Numbered from the stretch's first letter, positions 43,352-55,012 are shown. The stretch: 64,000 bases of DNA from Leptolyngbyaceae cyanobacterium (GCA_050331235.1 JBHJHA010000088.1:13376-77375), one strand, 5' to 3'. Numbers and translations are program-made. The notes: a model not told the origin generated them from the letters alone.

Positions 43352-43782
43352 ATGATGCCTGCCGCTTTTCGCAGTACGGGTTTTTCTGTGCGATCAATCT
43401 TCTCATTGAGCGTTTAGGCTCAATTTCGGGAATAGTGGATGTGTGAATTTCATAAGGATTCTCGGAGTATCATCAAGCTTCTATCGGAAAACCTTTGAAA
43501 TCTGCGTGTTTTTACGTAGTTTACCTCCCTGCTGGCAAGGACTGTGTCCGGAGCATGATCGCCCTGCGCGATCGGCTGAGGTTAAGTCAAGCCGTTATCA
43601 CTTTCCTCTGCATTACTACTGTTTTGAGTCAGTGTTGTTTTGGCCGTAGGTAACGGGACTAGTCGGAGTCTTGACGACGATAGTCCTGGACTATTCACTA
43701 GATAGCCTTTGAGTTGCCTCAATGTCGATTTGAACGTTGTTCATCACCATTTTCCCCCGACATGGTCCGTGATTTTCCCTCT

Positions 43783-46002
43783 ATGCAATCTCTCCCTTCG
43801 TGCAAACAAGTGACCGACACTCTCTTCACGATTCCAACTGTTTTAGATTCAATTGCCGATCCCATTTTTCTGACGGATGCCAAGGGCAATTGGATTTATG
43901 TCAATCGTGCTTGTTGCGAGCTGTTGGGAGTCCAGTCGACAGCTTTGTTGGGGACACCGCAATCTGCTTGGCTTACTCACACCGGATTGGATGCTTTACA
44001 GGCTTTGCAACAAACGGCCTTGATAACCTGCGCCCCCCAAGAGCAAGAGATTGCCCTGCGAAATGGCCAGGATGAGGTGCGGATTCTCGCGGTCAAAATT
44101 AGTCTGTTGCCCCAGCCTGAACAACCAGAACTGTTGGTTCATATCCTGAGGGATATTACGCATCGGGTCGAAGCGGAACAAACGCTGCAACGGGAATCTC
44201 GCCGCGAGCGGTTGCTAGGGGCGATCGCAAAGCATCTACTCCAGTCAATGCGACCGGCGGATTTGCTAGAGCGCAGTATGGAGGAAGTCCAGCGCTTTTT
44301 AGAAGCTGACCGTGTGTTGTTTTACAGCCTGCGCCCGGACCATGTGGGGGTGATTGCCGAAGCCGTTGTGGCAGAGCAATGCTCCCTTAAAGAAATTTTG
44401 CTGGATCATGCTTGCTTGCAGGGGCAGGGGCTCGACAACTATCGTCGAGGCGAAATTCAGGTCGTTGAAGATGTGGTCAACGCCAACTTGCCCGCAGAGC
44501 AAAAGAGCCATCTGCAATCCTTCAATGTGCAGTCACACATCTCTATTCCGGTTATTCAAGGGGATACCTTGCTGGGGCTGATTTGTGTGCATGATTGTAC
44601 TCATCCGCGGCCGTGGCTACCGTGGGAAATTGAGTCTCTGCGGGATGTAGCCATCCAAGTGGGGCGGGCGATCGCCCAGGCGGATCTCTACAGCGAAGTC
44701 CGTGATCTCAACACTCAATTGGAAACTCAAGTCGAACAGCGTACGCGGCAACTTCGTCAAGCCCTCGATTTTGAAGCTACGCTGAAGCGCATTGCCGATC
44801 GCGTTCGCGACAGCCTAGACGAATCCCAAATTTTGCAAACGGCGGTGGAAGAACTCACGGGTGTACTCGGGGCTCGAGGTTCCAACACAGCACTGTACGA
44901 CCTTGAGCAAGGAACCTCCACTATTTATTACGAATACAATGAGTCGTTGCCTCCCTATCAAGGTCGAGTTGCCCAGATGGAGGCTTTTCCTGAGGTTTAC
45001 CATCAGCTACTGGCGGGGCAATATTTTCAGTTTTGCTCAAAAGAACCTAACCCAGTGAGGGGACATGTAGCGATGTTTGCTTGCCCCATTCGGGATGATC
45101 GAGGGGTGCTAGGCGACCTGTGGCTGATCAACGAAAAAGATTACGGCTTCGAAGATCAAGAGATTCGCTTAGTGCAGCAAGTTGCCAATCAATGCGCGAT
45201 CGCCATTCGTCAAGCTCGGCTCTATCAGGCCTCCCAAGCTCAGGTCAAAGAACTGGAGCGCCTCAACCAACTCAAGGATGACTTTCTCAGCACCGTCTCT
45301 CACGAATTGCGTACCCCCGTCACCAGTATGCGAGTCGCGCTGCAACTCTTGGGCGTTACCCTCAATCAAGAGTTTCAGCTCAACGAGGAATTGCTCAAAC
45401 CCAAAACGAGCCAAAATCGGATTGCTCGTTACTACACAGTGCTCAAGGAAGAGTGTGAGCGGGAGATCAGCCTGATTAATGATCTGCTCGACTTGCAGCG
45501 GCTAGATGGCGGTAACCATCCCATCACTCCCCAAGACATCAATCTCAAGAGCTGGCTGGCCGGCATTGCCCATGGTTTTGACGAACGGGCCCAAAGCCGC
45601 GACCAGTCGATCGGCATTGATTTGCCCGAGACATTGCCAGCGATTATCAGTGATCAAGCCAGCTTGGAGCGGGTATTTGCAGAGCTGCTGAACAACGCCT
45701 GCAAATATACTCCTCCCGGCGAAACGATTTTAGTGTCTGCGTCTATGCAGCCCGATCAAAACATTTTGGTAACCGTGGCTAACTCCGGAATCGAAATTCC
45801 GCCAACGGAGCTTGCCCGAATTTTTGATAAGTTTTATCGAGTCCCGAGTTCTGACCCTTGGAAGCAGGGCGGCACTGGCTTGGGATTAGCCCTAGTGCAA
45901 AAACTCTTAGTCCACATCGGTGGCGATATTGAAGTCACCAGCCGTGACAATATGACCGCCTTTAAGATTACCCTGCCGCTGGATCTGACGCTGGTTCTAT
46001 GA
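43783..46002 (+). CDS. PAS-GAF-GAF sensor histidine kinase
   Basis: PAS, two GAFs, DDFLSTVSHELRTP, ELLNNACKYT, IFDKFYR, GGTGLGL; start uncertain. Confidence 0.92.
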   Translation: MQSLPSCKQVTDTLFTIPTVLDSIADPIFLTDAKGNWIYVNRACCELLGVQSTALLGTPQSAWLTHTGLDALQALQQTALITCAPQEQEIALRNGQDEVRILAVKISLLPQPEQPELLVHILRDITHRVEAEQTLQRESRRERLLGAIAKHLLQSMRPADLLERSMEEVQRFLEADRVLFYSLRPDHVGVIAEAVVAEQCSLKEILLDHACLQGQGLDNYRRGEIQVVEDVVNANLPAEQKSHLQSFNVQSHISIPVIQGDTLLGLICVHDCTHPRPWLPWEIESLRDVAIQVGRAIAQADLYSEVRDLNTQLETQVEQRTRQLRQALDFEATLKRIADRVRDSLDESQILQTAVEELTGVLGARGSNTALYDLEQGTSTIYYEYNESLPPYQGRVAQMEAFPEVYHQLLAGQYFQFCSKEPNPVRGHVAMFACPIRDDRGVLGDLWLINEKDYGFEDQEIRLVQQVANQCAIAIRQARLYQASQAQVKELERLNQLKDDFLSTVSHELRTPVTSMRVALQLLGVTLNQEFQLNEELLKPKTSQNRIARYYTVLKEECEREISLINDLLDLQRLDGGNHPITPQDINLKSWLAGIAHGFDERAQSRDQSIGIDLPETLPAIISDQASLERVFAELLNNACKYTPPGETILVSASMQPDQNILVTVANSGIEIPPTELARIFDKFYRVPSSDPWKQGGTGLGLALVQKLLVHIGGDIEVTSRDNMTAFKITLPLDLTLVL

Positions 46003-46055
46003 GGGGGCAGCGTAGCGTCCTGCCGAATACATCAATGACTGCCACCGATCGCCGC

Positions 46056-47669
46056 TCAAGCCTCCTCTGGTAAAGAACGGGGCTCGGCGATCGCTGAGTC
46101 CCGCATCTCAACTGGCAATTGGCCGCTGCGAATATGTAAATCTCGCTGGGGAAATGGAATTTCAATTTGCTTGTGACGTAAGGCAGCTTCGATTTCAAAA
46201 TAGAGATCGCTTTTGATTACTAACTGCTTTGGGGGGTCCACAATCCATACCAGCAGTTCAAAATCTAGGGAGCTATCGCCAAATCCTTTGAAAAAGACCA
46301 AGGGCGGCGGATTAGAAAGAACTTGAGGATGCTGATAACTCACCTCGATCAAGACTTCTTTAACAAGTTTGGGATCGGAGCTATAAGCCACACCCACCGG
46401 CAAGCGAATCCGAGAAACTGGGTTGCGATGGCTCCAGTTAATAACTTCTTGCTCCAAAAAGCGAGAGTTCGGCACGATGATTGAGATTTGATCTAACGTT
46501 CTGATCTCAGTGCTTCTCACACCGATGTGCTCAACAGTGCCTTGAAAGTCACCAAAGGCGACAAAATCACCAGCCTGAATGGGCCGCTCAAACACTAAAA
46601 TAATGCCGCTGCCAAAGTCTTTCACAATATTTTGTAATCCTAAGCCGACGCCGACCCCCAGGGCACTGGCGATGAGCGCAAGAGAGCTGAGGTCTAACCC
46701 CCAAATTTGTAGCAACACCACTGCACCGACAAAAATGAAGCAATATTTTGCCAGAATCGATATTGCTTCGCGGGAACCGCGATCGATGCCGGTGAGTCGC
46801 AGTACCCGAGAGCGCAAAAAGTTTGCAAAAATGCTGGAGATGACGACTACCGCCAGCATCAGCATAAACAAAATTAATAGGCTGAAAATCGAAAACTCGT
46901 TTTGTCCCAACTTAAGGTTGGGTTCTAGGAAGCCCACAAAGGCCTGACGGCGAACGAAATAGCTCCATCGGCGAGTCAAAGGAAACAGCGTAGTGATGTA
47001 GGTAATGACGCTAAACCACAGCCCAAAGCGAATCAAACTTAGCAAGAGAGAGAGGGAGAGGTTGAGCCCAGCCGGTGTTTGGTGACCATCATCGTCATCC
47101 GTGCTGGCGGCATTTTCCAGCATGGGGCGTAGCATCCGCTCCCACAGATAGCCGATGAGCTGGTGGGCGGCAAGGGTTAGCAAGATGAGGACGATCGCCA
47201 GCAAAACGCGCTCTCGAAATACCGACTGGCTGCGTTCCTGTTGGGCCGTGGCAAACTCTTCCCGGAGCTGGATAGACCATTGATCACTGAGCGATCGCGG
47301 CGAGCTCGCGTCATTGAGCCGGGCATCTTCTTGGGTGACGGTCATCAGATAGCGATCGTTCACCAAAATCACCGGGGCCTTATTGCGAATCTCAGTGCTG
47401 ACGACTAGGTCGTCCTGTTCGTCAATGAGTTCTTCCAGTTCCTGGCTGATGCCGTCGGCCCTTTCTTCGGCTTTAACTTGATTGGTTGAAGCCACGCTGA
47501 AGATGGGCCGACCATCAATAACGATGGGGGCATCTTCGAGAAGACCAGTTTGGGCCATCACGCTGCCCATCAGCACGACCCACACCAAGGCAACCCAATA
47601 GACTGATCTCAGACATTGCTTGACGACTGATCGCGGCCAATATTTTTTTCGCCTTGCTCGCTTGCCCAT
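46056..47669 (-). CDS. MscS-family mechanosensitive channel
   Basis: LGVGVGLGLQNIVKDFGSG, FERPIQAGD, IIVPNS, VGVAYSSD, FGDSSL.FEL, IEIPFPQRD. Confidence 0.93.
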   Translation of the reverse strand: MGKRARRKKYWPRSVVKQCLRSVYWVALVWVVLMGSVMAQTGLLEDAPIVIDGRPIFSVASTNQVKAEERADGISQELEELIDEQDDLVVSTEIRNKAPVILVNDRYLMTVTQEDARLNDASSPRSLSDQWSIQLREEFATAQQERSQSVFRERVLLAIVLILLTLAAHQLIGYLWERMLRPMLENAASTDDDDGHQTPAGLNLSLSLLLSLIRFGLWFSVITYITTLFPLTRRWSYFVRRQAFVGFLEPNLKLGQNEFSIFSLLILFMLMLAVVVISSIFANFLRSRVLRLTGIDRGSREAISILAKYCFIFVGAVVLLQIWGLDLSSLALIASALGVGVGLGLQNIVKDFGSGIILVFERPIQAGDFVAFGDFQGTVEHIGVRSTEIRTLDQISIIVPNSRFLEQEVINWSHRNPVSRIRLPVGVAYSSDPKLVKEVLIEVSYQHPQVLSNPPPLVFFKGFGDSSLDFELLVWIVDPPKQLVIKSDLYFEIEAALRHKQIEIPFPQRDLHIRSGQLPVEMRDSAIAEPRSLPEEA

Positions 47670-47947
47670 GGCGATCTGACAATCTCCTCATGCTCTATCG
47701 CAATCCCAGCACAAATACTTGCCCTGAGCCTTTTCTGCATCCAGTAGCCAATGCCTTAGAATCTATGACGTTTCTAGATTTAGCAACCATTCACTCGCAA
47801 CAGCCCCAGCCGTTGCCTGCGCAATCGCGGTACCACTCAGACTGCAATTGCGGCTCAGCCAATTAGCAGCGGGCTTCCCTCAAAGAGACTAGGATACTTT
47901 CCGCCCGGAGGTACTATCCCCCGTTTAATAGGGGTTGCTCCCATTGG

Positions 47948-48280
47948 TCAAAGCATCTCGTTAATTTTGTCGGCAATGACTGCTTGGGCCATTACCCCCT
48001 CGGTGCGATCGATTAGGCTGCCGTCTTTAAAGAACAAGAGGGTAGGAACGCCCATGATGTGATATTGATTTGCCAATCCGTTGTAGTCATCGATGTTGAT
48101 TTTGGCGAGTTTAGCACGACCGGCAAACTCCTCAGCCAAATTGTCAATGATGGGATTAATCAGCTTGCAAGGACCGCACCAGGCAGCCCAAAAGTCGACG
48201 ACTACGGGAACATCACTTTGGATAACTTCTTTCTCAAAGTTTTCGTCGGTCAGCGTGACATATTTGGTTGCTTCGGCCAC
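47948..48280 (-). CDS. trxA: Thioredoxin
   Basis: VVDFWAAWCGPC active site, GVPTLLFFKDG. Confidence 0.93.
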   Translation of the reverse strand: MAEATKYVTLTDENFEKEVIQSDVPVVVDFWAAWCGPCKLINPIIDNLAEEFAGRAKLAKINIDDYNGLANQYHIMGVPTLLFFKDGSLIDRTEGVMAQAVIADKINEML

Positions 48281-48469
48281 AGTGTTGCTCTCCTAGCTAC
48301 GGCGGTTGTTCACTTGTTCAGTCTATATAGGAATCTGGCCGATCATCGACTTTCCCAGGGCGATCGCGCACAATCTTTCTGACTTGAGGGAGCCAAGCTT
48401 AGGACAAAGCCTTGATCACGATGCGCCATGCCTACCGAGTGCAGGGTTAGCTAAGTTTGAGGTTACCTT

Positions 48470-48506
48470 AAAAAAACCGAAGGCATGACGCAACATGCCC
48501 TCGGTT
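48470..48506 (-). terminator. Rho-independent terminator of cugP
   Basis: AACCGAAGGCATG..CATGCCCTCGGTT stem preceded by A7, which is a U-tract on the minus strand. Confidence 0.7.
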
Positions 48507-48549
48507 GATGTTTTAACCGCTTATCTAACTCAGCTTGCCCTCAGCCCCA

Positions 48550-49713
48550 TCAAGCCTGCTGCCCCATCAGTTCGGCTATTTCGTGATGCTCAATCGGGGG
48601 TTTCGCGAGTTCGGCTTGCCGTGTATCGGTGATCAGCCGGTTGAGAGCCGCCGCCTGCATATCGATAGAAGCTCCAGTTTTGTCCACGCAGTACCGGCCA
48701 AACACTAACTTGTCGACTAGTCGCACCCCAGGGCCGATGCGTGAATATTCAAAAATGACGCTACGGTCAACAATGGCATTGCGACAAATGGCGCAGTTAG
48801 GCCCAATCATCGTTGGGCCTACGATTTTAGCCCCGTCTTCGATATGGGCCCGAGCACCGATGTAAACAGGCCCCTGGATATCCACCTTGTCCCAATTAAT
48901 CTTGACGTTTAGTCCGGTGAATACGCCTGGTTTGACTTCCTCTCCAGGAATATCGACCAGCTTCACTTGACCGGTCATCACGTCTTGGATGGCTTGCCAA
49001 TAGTCGGGCACTTTGCCGATATCGACCCATTCAAAGTCCATGCTGATACCAAAGAAAGGGGCGCCGGCAGCCACAAGCTTGGGAAACAGGTCGCCGCCAA
49101 TGTCGTATTCCACCCCGGCGGGAATGTAGTCGAAAATCTCTGGCTCGAAAATGTAAATACCGGTGTTGATATCGGTGCTGAGGGCTTCTTCGACCTTGGG
49201 TTTTTCCTGGAAAGATTGAATGCGGCCATCATCATCTGTGACGACGACACCGTAGCTTGGAACCTGCTTGAGGGGCACTGACTTCATCACGATAGTCGCG
49301 ATCGCCCCTTTTTCCTTGTGCTGACGGACTGCCTCAGTCAAATCGAGATCAATCAGCGCATCGCCACAGAGCACCACAAATGTATCGTCAAAAAAGGGAG
49401 AAAACTCTTGAATTTTCTTCATGCCGCCGGCAGAGCCTAAAGCATCGCCCACTAGCTGGCCATCTTCGATGCGACCTTCAAAGGAGTAGGCAATCTCAAC
49501 TCCAAAGCGCTGACCATCGCGAAAGTAGCCTTCGATTTCATTGGCGAGGTGGCTGACATTAACCATAATCTGATCGAAGCCATGATGCTTGAGCAGATCA
49601 AGTAAAAACTCCATTACTGGCTTTTGCAGAATGGGAATCATCGGCTTCGGAATCGTGTAAGTGATGGGTCGAACCCGCGTTCCCTTACCAGCGGCCAGAA
49701 TCATGGCTTTCAT
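48550..49713 (-). CDS. cugP: Cyanobacterial NDP-sugar pyrophosphorylase (CugP-type UDP-glucose pyrophosphorylase)
   Basis: MKAMILAAGKGTRVRPITYTIPKPMIPILQKPVMEFL, LCGDALID, FQEKP, WVDIG, hexapeptide-repeat tail. Confidence 0.88.
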   Translation of the reverse strand: MKAMILAAGKGTRVRPITYTIPKPMIPILQKPVMEFLLDLLKHHGFDQIMVNVSHLANEIEGYFRDGQRFGVEIAYSFEGRIEDGQLVGDALGSAGGMKKIQEFSPFFDDTFVVLCGDALIDLDLTEAVRQHKEKGAIATIVMKSVPLKQVPSYGVVVTDDDGRIQSFQEKPKVEEALSTDINTGIYIFEPEIFDYIPAGVEYDIGGDLFPKLVAAGAPFFGISMDFEWVDIGKVPDYWQAIQDVMTGQVKLVDIPGEEVKPGVFTGLNVKINWDKVDIQGPVYIGARAHIEDGAKIVGPTMIGPNCAICRNAIVDRSVIFEYSRIGPGVRLVDKLVFGRYCVDKTGASIDMQAAALNRLITDTRQAELAKPPIEHHEIAELMGQQA

Positions 49714-50336
49714 AAGGCATCCTTTGAGCTTTAAATACAACTTATAAGAGCAATGCACGCCTGAGATCTGAGGAGCATTCTGGGAAAGGCCTCCGGAGGG
49801 GCATCTCAGACAAGCACATGCTATCAGAGGATACCCGTAGGAGTAGAGATGCTCACGGCATCAAGGTAAGTCTGGGATACCCAGTACGGAGCAGAGCCGG
49901 GTTGCTGATAAAACTGGTCTGCTGGAATGAGTGCGTCGCAACCACCACCTTGGCCTAAGTGCACTAGCGCCGGCATATTTCCGGTCAGCCATCCTGGCTC
50001 AACAAAGTTCAGCCAAGGCAACTCTGACTCGACAGAGTGCAGCCCGCATATCCACCTGACGACCCGCGACAAGCAATGGCCAGGATCCACACTACGTCGC
50101 TAAGCTGCAGGCGATTTATTCTCAAGCAACTGGACAGAAGCCAAGCATCGATTTGCCCTCGTCAATCGATCTCTGGAACACGCACTCAACCACGTATATG
50201 GAGAGCAATTTAGTAAACCGCCAGTAAGCCTGCCAGGCTTGTCACGCTGCAGATCAGAATAATTGCAAGTCGCTATACATGGCTGCCGCAAATGCATCTG
50301 GTAGGATTTCGAGGATTAAAATCAGCAGATTTCTAT

Positions 50337-50885
50337 ATGGAACAACATTATTTTTCCGATGAAGAGTGGACGCTCTTGCGACAGGCGCCAACCCAGGCAG
50401 CCATTGCCGTTATCTTGGCCGACAAGACTGATCCCGTTTCGTTTTTGAAGGAGACTCAAGCGGCGGCTCAGATTTTACTGGAAGAGCAGGCTCGGGTTGT
50501 AGATGAAGCCAGCGACTTGGTGAGCGCTGTGCTGGAGGCCATGGGCGCAGCGGAAACCAGCAACCAAGAACATCCAGGACTGCCCAATGCCACACCAGTT
50601 GACCTCAAGCAGCTCGACATCCTGATCAAAATTCGCGCGTTTGAAAATGCCTCTAAAGGTCGCGAGCAAGCGATCGCCCATGTTGACAAAGCATCAGAAA
50701 TTTTGGCCTCTAAGGTCACCATTGTGCAGACCCAGGAATTTAATAAATGGCTGGTGAACATTGCTCACCGCGTAGCCTCGGCAGTCAAAGAAAAAGGCTT
50801 TTTGGGCATCGGGGGCGAATGGGAAAGTGATGACGAGCGATCGGTGATCAAAAAGCTCGAAAAAGCGTTGGAGTTCAAAGACTAA
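50337..50885 (+). CDS. Hypothetical helical protein
   Basis: Long ORF with FSDEEWTLL..AP start and VASAVKEKGFLGIGG..SDDE tail; function unknown. Confidence 0.75.
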   Translation: MEQHYFSDEEWTLLRQAPTQAAIAVILADKTDPVSFLKETQAAAQILLEEQARVVDEASDLVSAVLEAMGAAETSNQEHPGLPNATPVDLKQLDILIKIRAFENASKGREQAIAHVDKASEILASKVTIVQTQEFNKWLVNIAHRVASAVKEKGFLGIGGEWESDDERSVIKKLEKALEFKD

Positions 50886-50949
50886 TCGCCTTGGTCGAAG
50901 ACTGCTGCTGTTGTCCAACCTCGGGAGGTCAGCAGCAGTCTCAGGTGAG

Positions 50950-51729
50950 TCATGAGGCTTTAGAACCAAACGGATTAAAGTTCAGTAACCAACTGAGGAT
51001 TGGCAAAGCCACGTGATCCTCCAGTACCTCAAAGCGAAAATTAAACGGCAAAATGAGCTGCAGGGCTGGGCTATGGGGATTGAGCATCGACCTGATCCAG
51101 AGCGCCATTTGCAATGAGTATTGCCGGGTGGGGGGTGGCATGTTGGGAATCTTGCTGACGTCGATCAGGGCTGAGCCCATTTCCAGGGAAAATTGATTAT
51201 CAGGTCGGGTGAGAAAGCCCTCGCCGGTGATGCTCACGTTGCTCTGAAACCCTGGGTTGACTACGGTCGGGGCCTGGGAAGGGAGCAGATTAGTCGCGCT
51301 ACCGGGAACCTGACGGATGACGCGTTGGGCAAAGCCACCGTACACGGTGATGGCGCTGCGATCCCATTCGAGAAAGACTTGTTGATCGGGCAAAGTATTG
51401 ACAATACTAACGTTGAGAGAATTAATGGGGGGCTGTAATGGCCGCTTGCCCAGTGGCATCACTTGAATCGAGATCGCGCCCATGGGGTCCTCATCATTAT
51501 CAAAAAAGGAAATTTTCAAGAGTGAGCTGCCCGGAGCTGGGGTTTCCGCTTCGGCTATGTATAGTGTTTGACGCTGTAGTTGAGCATTGATTGCAGCGGC
51601 CAGTTCTTCCCCCGCCAAAAAGATTTCGACTTGGTCCTCTAGCTTGTCTTCCACAGATAGCGCCATCTGATACAGCACGTAGATGACACAGATAAAGTAA
51701 ATCGTCAGAATGAGAACTTCTACGCCCAT
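50950..51729 (-). CDS. Hypothetical membrane-anchored protein
   Basis: N-terminal TM helix followed by a soluble domain. Confidence 0.75.
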   Translation of the reverse strand: MGVEVLILTIYFICVIYVLYQMALSVEDKLEDQVEIFLAGEELAAAINAQLQRQTLYIAEAETPAPGSSLLKISFFDNDEDPMGAISIQVMPLGKRPLQPPINSLNVSIVNTLPDQQVFLEWDRSAITVYGGFAQRVIRQVPGSATNLLPSQAPTVVNPGFQSNVSITGEGFLTRPDNQFSLEMGSALIDVSKIPNMPPPTRQYSLQMALWIRSMLNPHSPALQLILPFNFRFEVLEDHVALPILSWLLNFNPFGSKAS

Positions 51730-51816
51730 GGGGATGGTTGGTCGAGATATCGTCGGCTTTAAGGATACTGGTCAGGGGTGGAATGGCTGCAGCTTTGTGC
51801 CAGAAATCTGGACTGC

Positions 51817-52731
51817 TTAAGAGCTTTGGCGATTGCGTAAAACGGTAAGCAGCTTGAGGAAGTGAGAGGGCAGGGGGGCGATCGCGGTGACGGTTTCCCC
51901 CGTGGCCGGATGCCGCAGGGTCAGCCGTTCGGCATGGAGGGCTTGCCCCGGCAGGTTGACCCCCACTGACCGCCCGGCCCCATAAACGGGGTCGCCGACC
52001 ATCGGATGTTGCAGATGCAGGCAATGTACCCGGATCTGGTGTGTGCGACCTGTTTCAAGGCGAAACCGCATCAGCGTAAAGTTGTCCAGTCGCTCTTCCA
52101 CTTGCCAATGGGTAATGGCCTCGCGCCCCTGTTTTTGAATGGGCACGATCGCCTGCTTTTTACGATCTTGAGGATGCCGACCAATGGGCGCATCAATCGT
52201 ACCGCTAGCCGCTGCGGGAGCCCCATGTACGACTCCCAAATATTCGCGGCGGGCCGTTTTCGCTTTCATCTGAGCCTGCAAGTCCTTATGGGCTAACTCT
52301 GACTTGGCCACAACGATCGCGCCGGTCGTGTTTTTATCCAGCCGATGCACAATCCCTGGTCGTTCGACTCCACCGATGCCCGTGAGCTGATCACCACAGT
52401 GGGCCAGCAGTGCATTGACCAGCGTGCCATCCATATTGCCAGGGGCCGGATGCACCACCATGCCCGCTGCCTTGTTGACAATGACGAAGTGTTCATCCTC
52501 ATACAAAATATCGAGGGGAATGGCTTCGGCGTTCACTGCCAACGGCTTCGTCGCGGGAATAGTCACCGCGATCGCATCCCCAATTTGCACTGCCTCTTTT
52601 TTGTTTGTGCACACGGCGCCATTAAGCTGCACATACTCCCAGTCAATCAGCTTTTGAATGCGGTTGCGGGACAGATCCTTCAGGTTGGCCGTCAGCCAGC
52701 GATCCAACCGAGCGGGTTCTGCCGTTTCCAC
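51817..52731 (-). CDS. rluD: RluA/RluD-family pseudouridine synthase
   Basis: S4 domain (RLDRWL..SRNRIQKLI), VNKAAGMVVHPA, GIVHRLDKNTTG, LETGRTHQIRVH. Confidence 0.93.
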   Translation of the reverse strand: METAEPARLDRWLTANLKDLSRNRIQKLIDWEYVQLNGAVCTNKKEAVQIGDAIAVTIPATKPLAVNAEAIPLDILYEDEHFVIVNKAAGMVVHPAPGNMDGTLVNALLAHCGDQLTGIGGVERPGIVHRLDKNTTGAIVVAKSELAHKDLQAQMKAKTARREYLGVVHGAPAAASGTIDAPIGRHPQDRKKQAIVPIQKQGREAITHWQVEERLDNFTLMRFRLETGRTHQIRVHCLHLQHPMVGDPVYGAGRSVGVNLPGQALHAERLTLRHPATGETVTAIAPLPSHFLKLLTVLRNRQSS

Positions 52732-52963
52732 CGTGAGCTGTAGGGTCGTGTCAGAAATAAACGCCTGCCAAATTCACCAGATAGCAACCTTAGCATCAAT
52801 AGGCATTCCTGATGTGGGCCACCCGTCAACTAGCTAACAAGCTTCAGGAATCAAGCAGCCCGTGAAGCAGGAAGGCCGAAATTCATCGTGTTGTTTAGCA
52901 AATTCCCGTTTAGACTTGCTAGCAACTAACCTACTCAAGCCGTGGTTTTTCACCGAGTCTCCG

Positions 52964-53557
52964 ATGTCCTTACCTGCCCAGTCTTCTTTGTCAGGCGATC
53001 GCGCCGTTGAAAAAGCGGAGCGCCGCCGCCGGTTGCTCAAGGCCCGGCACGCGATTCCTCCTCAACAGTGGCGTCAAAAGAGCGATCGCATCTGTGCCCA
53101 CTTACAAAGCTGGCCGACCTTTCAAACTGCTCGCTGCGTGCTGGCTTATTGGAGCTTTCGCAATGAGCCCGATCTCAGCCCCTTGATTAACCATCGTCGC
53201 TATTGGGGCCTCCCTCGCTGTGTCGGGAAACAGATGGTTTGGCATCAGTGGCAGGGCCATCAATATTTACAAACGGGCCGATTTGGCATTACCGAACCCG
53301 TCCCCCAAGCGCCTGAAATTCACCCTGACATGGTGGATTTGATCCTCGTGCCAGCGGTGGCCTGTGACGTAAAAGGCTATCGGCTGGGCTACGGCGGCGG
53401 ATTTTACGATCGCATGTTGACCAAACCCCAATGGCGACATAAGGCGACCGTGGCGATTGTGTTTGAATATGCCCGCTTACCCAAAGTCCCTAGAGACGTC
53501 TGGGATCGGCCAATGCAGGGAATTTGTACCGAGTCAGGGCTGTTTCTCAGGGCCTGA
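52964..53557 (+). CDS. 5-formyltetrahydrofolate cyclo-ligase
   Basis: FGITEP, DLILVPAVACD..GYRLGYGGGFYDR. Confidence 0.93.
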   Translation: MSLPAQSSLSGDRAVEKAERRRRLLKARHAIPPQQWRQKSDRICAHLQSWPTFQTARCVLAYWSFRNEPDLSPLINHRRYWGLPRCVGKQMVWHQWQGHQYLQTGRFGITEPVPQAPEIHPDMVDLILVPAVACDVKGYRLGYGGGFYDRMLTKPQWRHKATVAIVFEYARLPKVPRDVWDRPMQGICTESGLFLRA

Positions 53558-53620
53558 AGCCGGTCCGGCGACAAAGTGCATTTGTTATTCTCAAAGACTG
53601 GAGAGTTGTCAACCCCGCCA

Positions 53621-55012
53621 ATGAACAGTCGCATTGAAACGGACAGCATGGGCCCCATTGAGGTGCCGCACGATCGCTATTGGGGGGCGCAAACCCAGCG
53701 ATCGCTACAGTATTTCAACATCGGCGATGACATCATGCCCCGTGAGTTAATTCGGGCGTTTGGGCTGCTCAAGCGATCGGCTGCGGTGACCAACGAAGCA
53801 TTGGGCAAGTTGGATCGGGCGAAAGCTGACCGGATCATCCAGGCAGCAGACGAAGTAATTGCGGGCAAGCTGGACGATCACTTTCCGCTCCGGGTGTGGC
53901 AAACGGGCAGTGGCACCCAGACAAATATGAATGTCAATGAAGTGATTGCCAATCGCGCGATCGCCCTAGCGGGGGGCAAGCTGGGTAGCAAGGACCCCAT
54001 CCATCCCAATGATCACGTGAACTGTGGGCAGTCTTCCAATGACACGTTTCCAACGGGGATGCACATTGCCGCCGCAGAGCAGATTGTCCATGGGCTAATT
54101 CCAGCGGTAATGCATTTGCGGGACGCGCTGGCCGACAAAGCCGACACCTTGACCAATATCGTCAAAATTGGCCGCACCCATTTAATGGATGCCGTGCCGC
54201 TGACCCTCGGACAGGAATTTTCTGGGTATGTTGCCCAATTAGACAAAGCCCAACAGCGCATCGAGGCCACCTTGCCGGAACTATATGAGCTAGCGCTGGG
54301 CGGCACTGCCGTTGGCACCGGCCTCAATACCCATCCCGAGTTTGCCACCCAGGTCGCAGCAGAAATTGCCCGCTATACCCAACTGCCCTTTGTGTCGGCG
54401 CCCAATAAGTTTGCCGTGTTGGCCGCCCACGACGCGATCGCTGCGAGCAGCGGCACCCTTAAAACCCTAGCGGCGGCCCTGATAAAAATAGCCAATGACC
54501 TGCGCTGGCTAGGTTCTGGTCCCCGCTGTGGCCTGGGAGAGTTGCAGTTGCCCGCCAACGAACCGGGGTCCTCCATCATGCCGGGCAAGATCAATCCCAC
54601 CCAATGCGAAGCCCTGACGATGGTTTGTGTGCAGGTGATGGGAAACGATACGGCAATCGCCCTAGCGGCCAGTCAAGGCAACTTTGAGCTGAATGTCTTT
54701 AAACCAGTGATGATTCATAACTTGCTGCATTCCATTCGCTTGCTTACGGATGCCTGCCGCTCATTTACAGATCATCTGGTTGTTGGCATCACCCCCAATC
54801 GCGACCAGATTCAATATTTCCTTGAGCATTCGCTGATGTTGGTGACCGCGCTGAACCCCGCGATCGGCTACGACAAAGCTGCTCAAGTAGCCAAAAAAGC
54901 CTACACCGAAAGCATCACTCTCCGGGCAGCCTGCGTTGCACTAGGATTCCTCACGGGTGAAGAGTTTGATGCCCAGGTTAAGCCCGAGCAGATGGTGCAT
55001 CCTGCACCTTAG
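53621..55012 (+). CDS. fumC: Class II fumarate hydratase
   Basis: [47 protein letters not shown]. Confidence 0.97.
   Translation: MNSRIETDSMGPIEVPHDRYWGAQTQRSLQYFNIGDDIMPRELIRAFGLLKRSAAVTNEALGKLDRAKADRIIQAADEVIAGKLDDHFPLRVWQTGSGTQTNMNVNEVIANRAIALAGGKLGSKDPIHPNDHVNCGQSSNDTFPTGMHIAAAEQIVHGLIPAVMHLRDALADKADTLTNIVKIGRTHLMDAVPLTLGQEFSGYVAQLDKAQQRIEATLPELYELALGGTAVGTGLNTHPEFATQVAAEIARYTQLPFVSAPNKFAVLAAHDAIAASSGTLKTLAAALIKIANDLRWLGSGPRCGLGELQLPANEPGSSIMPGKINPTQCEALTMVCVQVMGNDTAIALAASQGNFELNVFKPVMIHNLLHSIRLLTDACRSFTDHLVVGITPNRDQIQYFLEHSLMLVTALNPAIGYDKAAQVAKKAYTESITLRAACVALGFLTGEEFDAQVKPEQMVHPAP

Noticed and set aside
49714..50336. Short ORFs and weak hairpins upstream of cugP
   Set aside because: No recognisable protein motifs or convincing RNA structure; likely a divergent promoter region.
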